Notes under the pieces: generated by a model
Seen by the model: the letters and a program-made list of their open reading frames with translations, nothing else
What the model was told of the DNA's origin: nothing
Database searches by the model: none
From: Candidatus Magasanikbacteria bacterium RIFCSPHIGHO2_01_FULL_41_23
GTDB taxonomy: Bacteria; Patescibacteriota; Patescibacteriia; Magasanikbacterales; UBA922
Reading direction: 5' to 3'
Assembly: GCA_001782805.1 (NCBI GenBank)
Contig: MFPT01000021.1
Location: 10,546 to 74,545 of the forward strand
DNA: 64,000 nt
In this document: one piece after another, positions 56,583 through 64,000 of the stretch
Layout: every line of letters starts with the position of its first letter
Position numbering within the stretch: the first letter of the stretch is position 1
Program-made: the position numbers and the translations under genes

Positions 56583-57422
56583 TTATTCCACTACCAAAGT
56601 TCCTTTCATGGATTTGTGTCCGGAACCGCAGAAAACACTGCAGGTGAATGGGAATGAGCCGGATTTATCCGCAACAAATTCTACGTTTACCGTTTCTCCG
56701 GCTTTAAATTTTTTGTTTACATTAAATTCAGGCAAAGCAAAACCATGTTCAACATCAGTACTAGTAATCGTTAATTTTACCGTATCGCCTTTTTTGACGC
56801 TTATTGTTGAGGGAGAAAATTCCCAGTTTTTCGCAGTCAATGTGAATGATTTTACCGCTGATTTGAGATCAACTTTAACTTCTGTTTTTGTTTCAGTTTT
56901 TAATTCTGGTTTTACTTCTACGGTAATTTTAGCGTTGGTGTTGGCTGAGGTTTTTGTATCGGTTTCTCCAGCTGATTTGGTTACTTGAAATGAACCGGAC
57001 ACTCCTACATTGTTGACGGTTACAGGGACATCATCTCCGGGAAATTCAAAAATTCCTTTTTTATTAAGATCAACATGGAGCATCACATGCACAATTGGCG
57101 TGACTTTTTTCGCGTCAACTGTAACTTTTACATCCGTATGTTCTCCGGTTAAAACAGCTGTTTGACCAATTATTTCGCTTGGCACACCGTCTTTATCCGC
57201 ATGAACCACGACCCAGCCATCAGTGGTCAATATAACTTTTGGCACATAAACGGTTGAATTGACGAGTGTTTGGTTTGCAACGTTAACTGAGGCAGTCACA
57301 AGTTCTTTGTACGCAGTGGTAGACAAATCACTCTCGATTTTCGTTTTTTGGCCGCAACCGCCACCAATTAATAACAAAGCAGTCAAAGCGAGTCCAAGCG
57401 ATAGAGTGGTTTGTGTGCGCAT
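56583..57422 (-). CDS. Lipoprotein with C-terminal CuA-type cupredoxin domain (cytochrome oxidase subunit II-like fold)
   Basis: Lipobox LLIGGGCGQ. C-terminal ..VEHGFALPEF...FTCSVFCGSGHKSMKG.. carries the H..C-x3-C..H..M ligand pattern of CuA/cupredoxin domains. Confidence 0.6.
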   Translation of the reverse strand: MRTQTTLSLGLALTALLLIGGGCGQKTKIESDLSTTAYKELVTASVNVANQTLVNSTVYVPKVILTTDGWVVVHADKDGVPSEIIGQTAVLTGEHTDVKVTVDAKKVTPIVHVMLHVDLNKKGIFEFPGDDVPVTVNNVGVSGSFQVTKSAGETDTKTSANTNAKITVEVKPELKTETKTEVKVDLKSAVKSFTLTAKNWEFSPSTISVKKGDTVKLTITSTDVEHGFALPEFNVNKKFKAGETVNVEFVADKSGSFPFTCSVFCGSGHKSMKGTLVVE

Positions 57423-57545
57423 AGTATTAAATTAAGAATTATTTTTTAAGTATAAGCCGTGTAAAAATTGTCGTCAACCCCACTTTACACTCTCTCCAAA
57501 AAACCGTACAATCCACTTTACTAGTTCGACAGGCTCACTATAAAT

Positions 57546-60500
57546 ATGACTGATTTTGTCCATCTTCATGTCCACTCGCATTATTCGCTCTTGAATGGCT
57601 TAACCAAAATAAAAGCCTTGGTTAAGGCGGCGAAAGCGCGGGGATTTTCCGCTTTAGCATTGACTGATTATGGATCAATGTATGGCGCTATTGAATTTTA
57701 TCAAGCGTGTTTGGCCGAAGGAATTAAACCGATTATTGGATTTGAAGCATACATTGCTCCACGAAGTAGACTTGATAAAGATCCGGCGCATGATTCGACA
57801 TTGTATCATTTAATATTACTCGCGGAAAATTATAATGGCTATAAAAATTTAATGAAGCTGTCGTCGTTTGGCCATTTGGAAGGATTTTTTAATGGGAAAC
57901 CACGCATTGATAAAGAATTGTTGCGGAAATATCATGAAAATATAATTGTTTTGTCCGGACCGATTGAAGGCGAAATTCCCACATTAATAAAAAATGGTGA
58001 GATTGCCAAAGCCAAAGCAGTGGCGCGGGAATATCAAGAAATGTTCAGTTCGACTTCGCTCACCGCGAGTGGATCGGATTATTTTTATTTGGAATTGGAA
58101 GATCATCCGGCAATCTCCGGCCAAATTGAAGTGAATACTAAATTAATTGAATTGGGAAAAGAATTGGGAATTCCGTTGGTGGTAACGCGTGATGTACATT
58201 ATTTAAATCCGGATGATGATGAGGCGCAAGATATTTTGCGTTGTATTGCCGAAGGTTGGCGCGTGGATCAGCCGAATAGAATTGATTATCGCGGCGTTGA
58301 TCGGTCGTTCGCGACTGGCGATGATATTGCCGCGCGTTTTCGGCATGTTCCGGAAGCAATTGCCAATACGATAAAAATTGCGGAGCGTGTGAACATTCAA
58401 ATAGAATTAAACAAATGGCATTTTGCGCCAGTGGAATTACCTCCGGGCAAAACTGCGGACGATGTTTTGGCCGAAGAAGCACATAATCGCGTTACGATTT
58501 ATTTTAAAGAAAAAACGGCTGAACTTACTGAACGTTTGAATTATGAATTGGAAATTATTAAAACAAAAAAATATTCGCCGTATTTTTTGTGCGTGGCGGA
58601 TTTTGTGCGTTATGCCAAAGATCATGGGATTGTGGAATCAACGCGTGGTTCAGCCGCTGGTTCATTGGTGTCGTATGTTATGGGAATTACGACTGTGGAT
58701 CCGATGCGATTTAATTTGCCGTTTGAACGATTTTTAAATCCGTTTCGTCCCAGTCCACCGGATGTGGATACGGATTTTGCCGATGATCGTCGCGATGAAA
58801 TGATTGAATATGTCACGAAAAAATATGGCGCGGATAAAGTGGCGCAAATTATTACGTTTGGAACTATGGCCGCGCGCGCCAGTGTGCGCGATGTTGGTCG
58901 TGCTTTGGGATTCGCGTATTCTTTTTGCGATCAAGTGGCCAAATTAATTCCGCAAGGCGCGCAAGGTTTTCCCATGACGATTGGTCGCGCACTGACGGAA
59001 GAACCGGATTTGAAAAAATTATATGAACAAAACGCGGATGTAAAACGTTTGTTGGATTTGGCGCGAAAAGTTGAAGGCTGTGCGCGGCATACTTCCATTC
59101 ATGCGGCCGGAGTGGTGATTGCGCCGACCGCGCTGATGGATTTTTCGCCCGTGCAATATGAAACCGGTGGCACGCGGATTACCACGCAATATGAAATGAA
59201 ATCCGTGGAAGCGGCCGGAGTTTTAAAAAATGATTTTTTGGGAATTCGCAATTTGGCGATTTTGGGAAACGCGGTGGAATTCGTGAAAAAAACCACGGGT
59301 CAAGAAATTGATATTTATAATTTACCGTTGGACGATGCCAAAGTTTATGAAATGTTGGCGCGCGGAGAAACGATGGGTGTTTTTCAGCTTGGTGGTTCGG
59401 GTATGACGCGCTGGCTAAAAGAACTGAAACCAAACCGGATTGAAGATATTATGGCCATGGTGGCGCTGTATCGTCCTGGACCAATGGAATCTATTCCCGA
59501 ATATATTCGCCGCAAATATAATCCTGAGGCGGTAAAATTTTTTGATTCGCGGTTGGAAAAAATTCTCGGCGCTTCGTATGGATTGTTGGTATATCAAGAC
59601 GATGTGATGTTGACTGCGATCGCACTCGCTGGTTATGATTGGATGGAAGCGGATAAGTTTCGCAAAGCCATGGGCAAAAAAATTCCCGAAGAAATGGCCA
59701 AACAAAAAGAACAATTTTATAAAGGTTGTCAGGAAATAGGCAAAGTAAAAAAAGATATTGTTGATGAAATTTGGCATGCGATTGAACCGTTTGCCGCGTA
59801 TGGGTTTAATAAATGTTTGGTAGGAGAGACTGAAATTGTGGACGCGGCAACCGGAGCAATAAGAACCATCAAGGAAATGTACGAGCAAAAATCGAGGATG
59901 TCGGTATTAAGTTTGTCGGGCTATAAGAAATTAATTAAAAGAAAAATAATTGATATCTATAAAAACGGGAAGAAGCCAGTGTGGGAAATTACTATTCGCA
60001 GTGGCCGGAAAATTACTGCCACGGGCAATCATCCCTTTTTAAAATTTGGCGGCTGGTTCAATTTAGAAAAATTATGTGTCGGTGATTTGATCGCCGTACC
60101 AAGAAAAATTGACTATCGGCCGAGTGCTGATTTAGATTCTAAAAAATTAAAAGTATTGGGCTATTTGTTATCAGAAGGAAATCTCTGTCATCCTTACGGC
60201 GTTTATTTTTATTCTTCAGTCGAGGTAGAAATCCAAGATTTTATTACCGCTGTAAAATCATTTTCTAATTCTAATGTTACGATTAATAGAAGTAAAAGCG
60301 CAGCAGCTGTCTATGTGGGGCAAATCAATCCCAAATTTAGGAACAATTTAATGTTGTGGCTTAAAGAGCTGGGTTTGTATAACAAAAAAGCCACGGAAAA
60401 ATTTATTCCCGAATTTATTTTCAAATTATCACCGGAAAAAATCGCAGTGTTGGTTGGATCGATGTGGCAGGGCGATGGCTGTGTACATGATGACAAAAAT

Positions 60501-62366
60501 GGGCAAATATATTACGCGACCAGTTCAGAAAAGTTAGCTCAGCAAATGCAACACTTACTTTTGCGGTTGGATATTTTGAGTACGATTTATACCAAAAAAT
60601 TTACTTATAGGAATGGCCTAAAAATTGGTTATACGATTAATATCAGCCGTTATAATAACTTGGCCAATTTTGCGCACACGGTGGGTCAACATTTATTGCC
60701 AAACAAAAAAATCATCTTGAATAATATTATTAAAAAAAATAAAATTCTGAATGGCACACTACACACTGGCGTGGCTCGAGGCAGTAAAGATGTTGTGCCG
60801 GCACAAATTTTGGAGTTGATAAGAAAAGAGTTGGGGCAGAAAGGAATAACCATAAAGACAATATCCCAAGAATTGAAAATAGCTGAAAGATTATTTTATC
60901 AAGATACAAAACGGAAAGGCTATTTGCGGGAGACAGTTGGGAAAATCGGCATCTATTTGAAAAGCACTAAATTGTTACAGGAAGCGCGTTCAGAATTGTA
61001 TTGGGACGAAATTGTTTCGATAAAGTCGCGGGGCATGCAAGAAACCTATGATTTGACTGTCCTAGGCGAACATAATTTTGTCGCCAATGATTTCGTGGTG
61101 CATAATTCGCATGCCGCCAGTTATGGCATTGTCGCTTATCAAACCGCGTATCTCAAAGCGCATTATCCGGTGCAGTTTATGACCGCCATTTTGCAAGCCG
61201 AAGCCAGTGATTTGGAAAAAGTGGCGGCCATTGTGTATGAGTGCGGACGCATGGGCATTGAAGTTTTGCCGCCGGACATCAATGAAAGTTTTAAAAGTTT
61301 TGCGATGGTTTCCAAACCCGGACTCCTCGACCCTGCTCAGGGTAAACCCGGTCGGATTCGGTTTGGTTTAAATGCGATTAAAAATGTCGGCGAACATATT
61401 TGTGAAGTTATTTATCGCGAACGCAAAGAACATGGCGCGTATCAATCTCTGGAAAATTTTTTGGAGCGAATTACGGATAAAGATTTGAATAAAAAATCAT
61501 TGGAAAGTTTAGTCGTGGCCGGAGCGCTGGATTGTTTTGGATTTGATCGCAACGTACTTTTTGCCAACAGCGAAAATATGTTATTTTTTTACCGACAAGC
61601 GCGCGACAGGGAATTGACCAAACAAGATTCATTGTTTGCGGCCACGGATATTAGTTTGGATTCCAAAGTAATGCTTAAGCCAGCGCCGAACGCGACGATG
61701 GAACAGAAATTAACTTGGGAAAAAGATTTGTTGGGATTATATTTGTCCGCGCATCCGTTGCATCCATTCGTGGATGCGTTAAAAGGTGTGGTGATTCCTT
61801 TAGCCGAAGTGGAATCTGCGCCGCGCGACAGTTGGGTCGTATGTTTTGGTGTGGTGGAATCCATCAAGAAAAAAATTACTAAAAAAGGCGATATGATGTT
61901 GTTTGTGGTAATTCAGGATTTGTCCGCCACAATGGAACTGTTGGTTTTTCCCAAGACGTACGCGCGCACCAAAGATCTGTGGTTGGAACGCGCGCTGATT
62001 TGTATTGTGGGGAAAACGCCGCGCGAAGAAGGAGAAAATAAAATTTTTGTGGAAAATGCCTATGAATTGCGGCGTGAAACTATTTCCGACTTGGCGCGGC
62101 AACTGGCATTATCCGTAGGGCAGAAATTAAATTCCGACGTTGGTGCCGTGCCCGAAAAATATCTGCGCATTATTTTGTCCGCGGATGAATTACAAACATC
62201 AGCCGAACCAATTAAAACCATTTTGGCCACGCATCCAGGAGATACGACGGTTTATTTGCAAGTAGGAACAGGTACGATTAAAGTGGGAACTAAAGTGAAT
62301 GCGAGCGAAGAACTTTTGTCCGAGTTGATTAAAATTTTAGGAGATGCAAAAGTTGAAATGTTTTGA
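57546..62366 (+). CDS. dnaE: DNA polymerase III alpha subunit (DnaE) interrupted by a full-length intein
   Basis: PHP domain HLHVHSHYSLL. Pol IIIalpha core motif FAAYGFNK / SHAASYGIVAYQTAYLKAHYP is split by the intein. OB-fold at the C-terminus. Carries an in-frame short GC-rich repeat (peptide KPGLLDPAQGKPG). Confidence 0.9.
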   Translation: MTDFVHLHVHSHYSLLNGLTKIKALVKAAKARGFSALALTDYGSMYGAIEFYQACLAEGIKPIIGFEAYIAPRSRLDKDPAHDSTLYHLILLAENYNGYKNLMKLSSFGHLEGFFNGKPRIDKELLRKYHENIIVLSGPIEGEIPTLIKNGEIAKAKAVAREYQEMFSSTSLTASGSDYFYLELEDHPAISGQIEVNTKLIELGKELGIPLVVTRDVHYLNPDDDEAQDILRCIAEGWRVDQPNRIDYRGVDRSFATGDDIAARFRHVPEAIANTIKIAERVNIQIELNKWHFAPVELPPGKTADDVLAEEAHNRVTIYFKEKTAELTERLNYELEIIKTKKYSPYFLCVADFVRYAKDHGIVESTRGSAAGSLVSYVMGITTVDPMRFNLPFERFLNPFRPSPPDVDTDFADDRRDEMIEYVTKKYGADKVAQIITFGTMAARASVRDVGRALGFAYSFCDQVAKLIPQGAQGFPMTIGRALTEEPDLKKLYEQNADVKRLLDLARKVEGCARHTSIHAAGVVIAPTALMDFSPVQYETGGTRITTQYEMKSVEAAGVLKNDFLGIRNLAILGNAVEFVKKTTGQEIDIYNLPLDDAKVYEMLARGETMGVFQLGGSGMTRWLKELKPNRIEDIMAMVALYRPGPMESIPEYIRRKYNPEAVKFFDSRLEKILGASYGLLVYQDDVMLTAIALAGYDWMEADKFRKAMGKKIPEEMAKQKEQFYKGCQEIGKVKKDIVDEIWHAIEPFAAYGFNKCLVGETEIVDAATGAIRTIKEMYEQKSRMSVLSLSGYKKLIKRKIIDIYKNGKKPVWEITIRSGRKITATGNHPFLKFGGWFNLEKLCVGDLIAVPRKIDYRPSADLDSKKLKVLGYLLSEGNLCHPYGVYFYSSVEVEIQDFITAVKSFSNSNVTINRSKSAAAVYVGQINPKFRNNLMLWLKELGLYNKKATEKFIPEFIFKLSPEKIAVLVGSMWQGDGCVHDDKNGQIYYATSSEKLAQQMQHLLLRLDILSTIYTKKFTYRNGLKIGYTINISRYNNLANFAHTVGQHLLPNKKIILNNIIKKNKILNGTLHTGVARGSKDVVPAQILELIRKELGQKGITIKTISQELKIAERLFYQDTKRKGYLRETVGKIGIYLKSTKLLQEARSELYWDEIVSIKSRGMQETYDLTVLGEHNFVANDFVVHNSHAASYGIVAYQTAYLKAHYPVQFMTAILQAEASDLEKVAAIVYECGRMGIEVLPPDINESFKSFAMVSKPGLLDPAQGKPGRIRFGLNAIKNVGEHICEVIYRERKEHGAYQSLENFLERITDKDLNKKSLESLVVAGALDCFGFDRNVLFANSENMLFFYRQARDRELTKQDSLFAATDISLDSKVMLKPAPNATMEQKLTWEKDLLGLYLSAHPLHPFVDALKGVVIPLAEVESAPRDSWVVCFGVVESIKKKITKKGDMMLFVVIQDLSATMELLVFPKTYARTKDLWLERALICIVGKTPREEGENKIFVENAYELRRETISDLARQLALSVGQKLNSDVGAVPEKYLRIILSADELQTSAEPIKTILATHPGDTTVYLQVGTGTIKVGTKVNASEELLSELIKILGDAKVEMF
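59814..61106 (+). mobile_element. Intein (431 aa) with LAGLIDADG/DOD homing-endonuclease domain, inserted in the conserved GFNK|SHAA motif of DnaE
   Basis: Starts with Cys (CLVGETEIVD), ends with ..VVHN, and is followed by Ser (+1). LAGLIDADG-like blocks LKVLGYLLSEGNL and IAVLVGSMWQGDG. The extein junction reconstitutes GYGFNKSHAASY. Confidence 0.85.
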
Positions 62367-62399
62367 CTTTTTGCCTAAATTATCCTAAACTATCAGTGT

Positions 62400-62606
62400 A
62401 TGTACAATTGGACAGTAGATATTAAAGAATTAAAAAAAGATAAAAAGCAGTATGCCATTTGGAAACTGGAACAGATGGTTAATTTTGGTTTGAACGGTAA
62501 AAAATTAAACAAAGCCGATTTGAAAAAGTACTGGTTACAGTTGAATTTAGATCCTAAAAAGAAAAAGTATCTGTCACTTATTTTATGGCCGGCAAAACAA
62601 TCTTAA
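62400..62606 (+). CDS. Hypothetical small lysine-rich protein upstream of the AbiEii-like gene (possible partner)
   Basis: 68-aa ORF overlapping the start of the next gene by 22 nt. No motif. Confidence 0.3.
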   Translation: MYNWTVDIKELKKDKKQYAIWKLEQMVNFGLNGKKLNKADLKKYWLQLNLDPKKKKYLSLILWPAKQS

Positions 62607-63250
62607 GTGAAAATCAACGAAAATTATTAAAAATAATCGGTAATAATAAAAATATCTGCCAATATTTTTATTTGACCGGGGGCACGGCTTTGGCGGAATT
62701 TTATTTGCACCATCGTCTTTCGGAAGACTTGGATTTTTTTTCCGAAGAAGAAATTGATTCTCAAATCGTATTTGCGTTTCTGAAATCAATTCAAAAATCA
62801 GCCGGAATAAAAAAAATCGATGCCCAACAAAGTTTTAATCGCAATTTATTCTTTTTACATTTGCCAGACGGCGATGTTATTAAAACTGAGTTTACTTACT
62901 TTCCTTTCCCCAGAATTGAAAAGAAAAATAAAATTGACAATTTGTTGGTAGATAGTGTGCTTGATATCGCAGTTAATAAAATTTTTACTATTTATCAAAA
63001 GCCGCGGGCGCGCGATTTCATTGATTTATATTTAATTCTTCAAATAAAAAAATGGGGAATAGCTGATTTAGTTAAAAAAGCCAAAGTAAAATTTGATTGG
63101 CATATTGATCTTCTGCAATTGGCAAGTCAGTTTTTGCAAGCCCGAGAAGTGAAGGATTATCCCAAAATGATTGATCCTTTGAAACCGGAAGTGTGGCAAA
63201 AGTTTTTTGAAGAAGAAGCAAAGAAATTAAAAAATCAAATAGTACAATAA
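62585..63250 (+). CDS. Nucleotidyltransferase of the AbiEii/AbiGii (DUF1814) type IV toxin family
   Basis: YLTGGTALAEFYLHHRLSEDLDFFS matches the AbiEii N-terminal GGTAL..R.SEDIDL nucleotidyltransferase signature. Confidence 0.6.
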   Translation: MAGKTILSENQRKLLKIIGNNKNICQYFYLTGGTALAEFYLHHRLSEDLDFFSEEEIDSQIVFAFLKSIQKSAGIKKIDAQQSFNRNLFFLHLPDGDVIKTEFTYFPFPRIEKKNKIDNLLVDSVLDIAVNKIFTIYQKPRARDFIDLYLILQIKKWGIADLVKKAKVKFDWHIDLLQLASQFLQAREVKDYPKMIDPLKPEVWQKFFEEEAKKLKNQIVQ

Positions 63251-63261
63251 TTTTTCCTAAT

Positions 63262-64000
63262 ATGCCCGAACATCAACTTAATCCGGAAATAATAACGACC
63301 ACTCCAGAATCTGAACCAAACTCCGTTCCACCGGAAATTGTACAGCTCCTGAATTTGCTTGATTTGCAGGAAAAGTTGGTGTATTGGAATAGGCATAATA
63401 TCCACGATTTGGCACTTGTTCTGGAAACAGATGAAGACTCTCCGCGTCTCAAAAAAGACGAAGCCAAAGCCATTGCCGAACGAACCGAAGAATTAACAAC
63501 GGCGATTGAAGCCACATTGGCTACATTGACTACGGCAATTGCGGTTAGTATTCAATCAGAAGAAATGCAGAAAACCTGGCAAACACTGATACCTGGAGAA
63601 CATTTTGCGACACCGGATGAAGCGCAACATTTTGCACAGGAACTCTTGGGATCTTTTTATATTCAATACACACGGCGTCTGAGAAAATTATCATCTTCGG
63701 TTAACCATGATGACAAGACTGTTGATCCGATCAATGCTGAGGAACAGGCGATTGATGTGGCATGGGAATTAACCGGCGTTGCTCAGCCCATTGAGTCGAC
63801 TGGAGATCCGGCGACACTGGCTGAAAAACGTGCTACACAAGCAGAAGCATGGGATGAGCTTATTCAAACTCTTTCAGTATTGCCTGGACCGCATCATCCG
63901 GCTTTGCAGGCGTATTTGAAAGACAAAAATGCCACTTCCGCGCGCGCCTTAGTTTTGTCATATAAAAAGTTTACTAATATTGATAAAAATCAGCGACGTA
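63262..64000 (+). CDS. Hypothetical protein, 3' end beyond the window (not in the supplied ORF track)
   Basis: Reading from the ATG at 63262 (MPEHQLNPEIITTTPESEP...) I find no stop codon through position 64000 (at least 246 codons). Acidic and helical. No motif. Confidence 0.4.
   Translation, partial: MPEHQLNPEIITTTPESEPNSVPPEIVQLLNLLDLQEKLVYWNRHNIHDLALVLETDEDSPRLKKDEAKAIAERTEELTTAIEATLATLTTAIAVSIQSEEMQKTWQTLIPGEHFATPDEAQHFAQELLGSFYIQYTRRLRKLSSSVNHDDKTVDPINAEEQAIDVAWELTGVAQPIESTGDPATLAEKRATQAEAWDELIQTLSVLPGPHHPALQAYLKDKNATSARALVLSYKKFTNIDKNQRR

Noticed and set aside
58138-59888. Minus-strand ORFs inside dnaE (58138..58482, 59415..59888 and others)
   Set aside because: Antisense shadow ORFs within a strongly supported 1606-codon gene.

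Overview
The window is AT-rich with short intergenic spacers and many lineage-specific hypothetical genes. Its gene content fits a Candidate Phyla Radiation (Patescibacteria/Parcubacteria-like) genome. It uses the standard genetic code: TGA works as a stop, for example at the end of dnaE.

The first 12.8 kb looks like a type IV secretion or conjugation-like locus.
- It holds a 1602-aa TrbL/VirB6-like polytopic membrane protein with a ~1200-aa K/E/A-rich tail.
- Two tandem paralogous genes of unknown function and a NYN-domain nuclease sit inside it.
- A PrgI/VirB3-family protein is followed by a VirB4-type ATPase split across two frames.
- A possible VirB8-like membrane protein follows.
- Competence/DNA-processing genes comFC and radC are next to the locus; dprA, radA and recG lie elsewhere in the window.

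Housekeeping genes include clpP, topA, folC, dprA, pth, der, an LCP-family protein, recG, guaB, radA, clpC, a phosphohexomutase, htpX, lemA, rseP, pheS, pheT and dnaE. The dnaE gene carries a LAGLIDADG intein.

RNA genes are a tandem block of three tRNA-Ser-type genes (one with an apparent ACU anticodon), a tRNA-Arg(GCG), a short-arm tRNA with an odd anticodon loop, and a partial tRNA at the window start that shares a conserved upstream region with it.

Other notable content:
- Toxin-antitoxin material: two RelE/YafQ-like toxins with three paralogous small partner proteins, one pair landing in a disrupted SDR gene; a HigB/HigA-like pair; and an AbiEii-type nucleotidyltransferase.
- A ~0.8 kb GC-rich island bounded by related hairpins.
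- A ~200-nt dispersed repeat present twice.
- A family of short GC-rich repeats that also sit in-frame inside dnaE, pheS and an acidic envelope protein gene.
- A CuA-type cupredoxin lipoprotein.
- A secreted repeat protein with a PEF/PEP-CTERM-like C-terminal sorting signal.
- An envelope operon with a DsbA-like oxidoreductase next to a Cys-rich SGNH-domain protein.

No CRISPR array, rRNA or classical transposase was seen.
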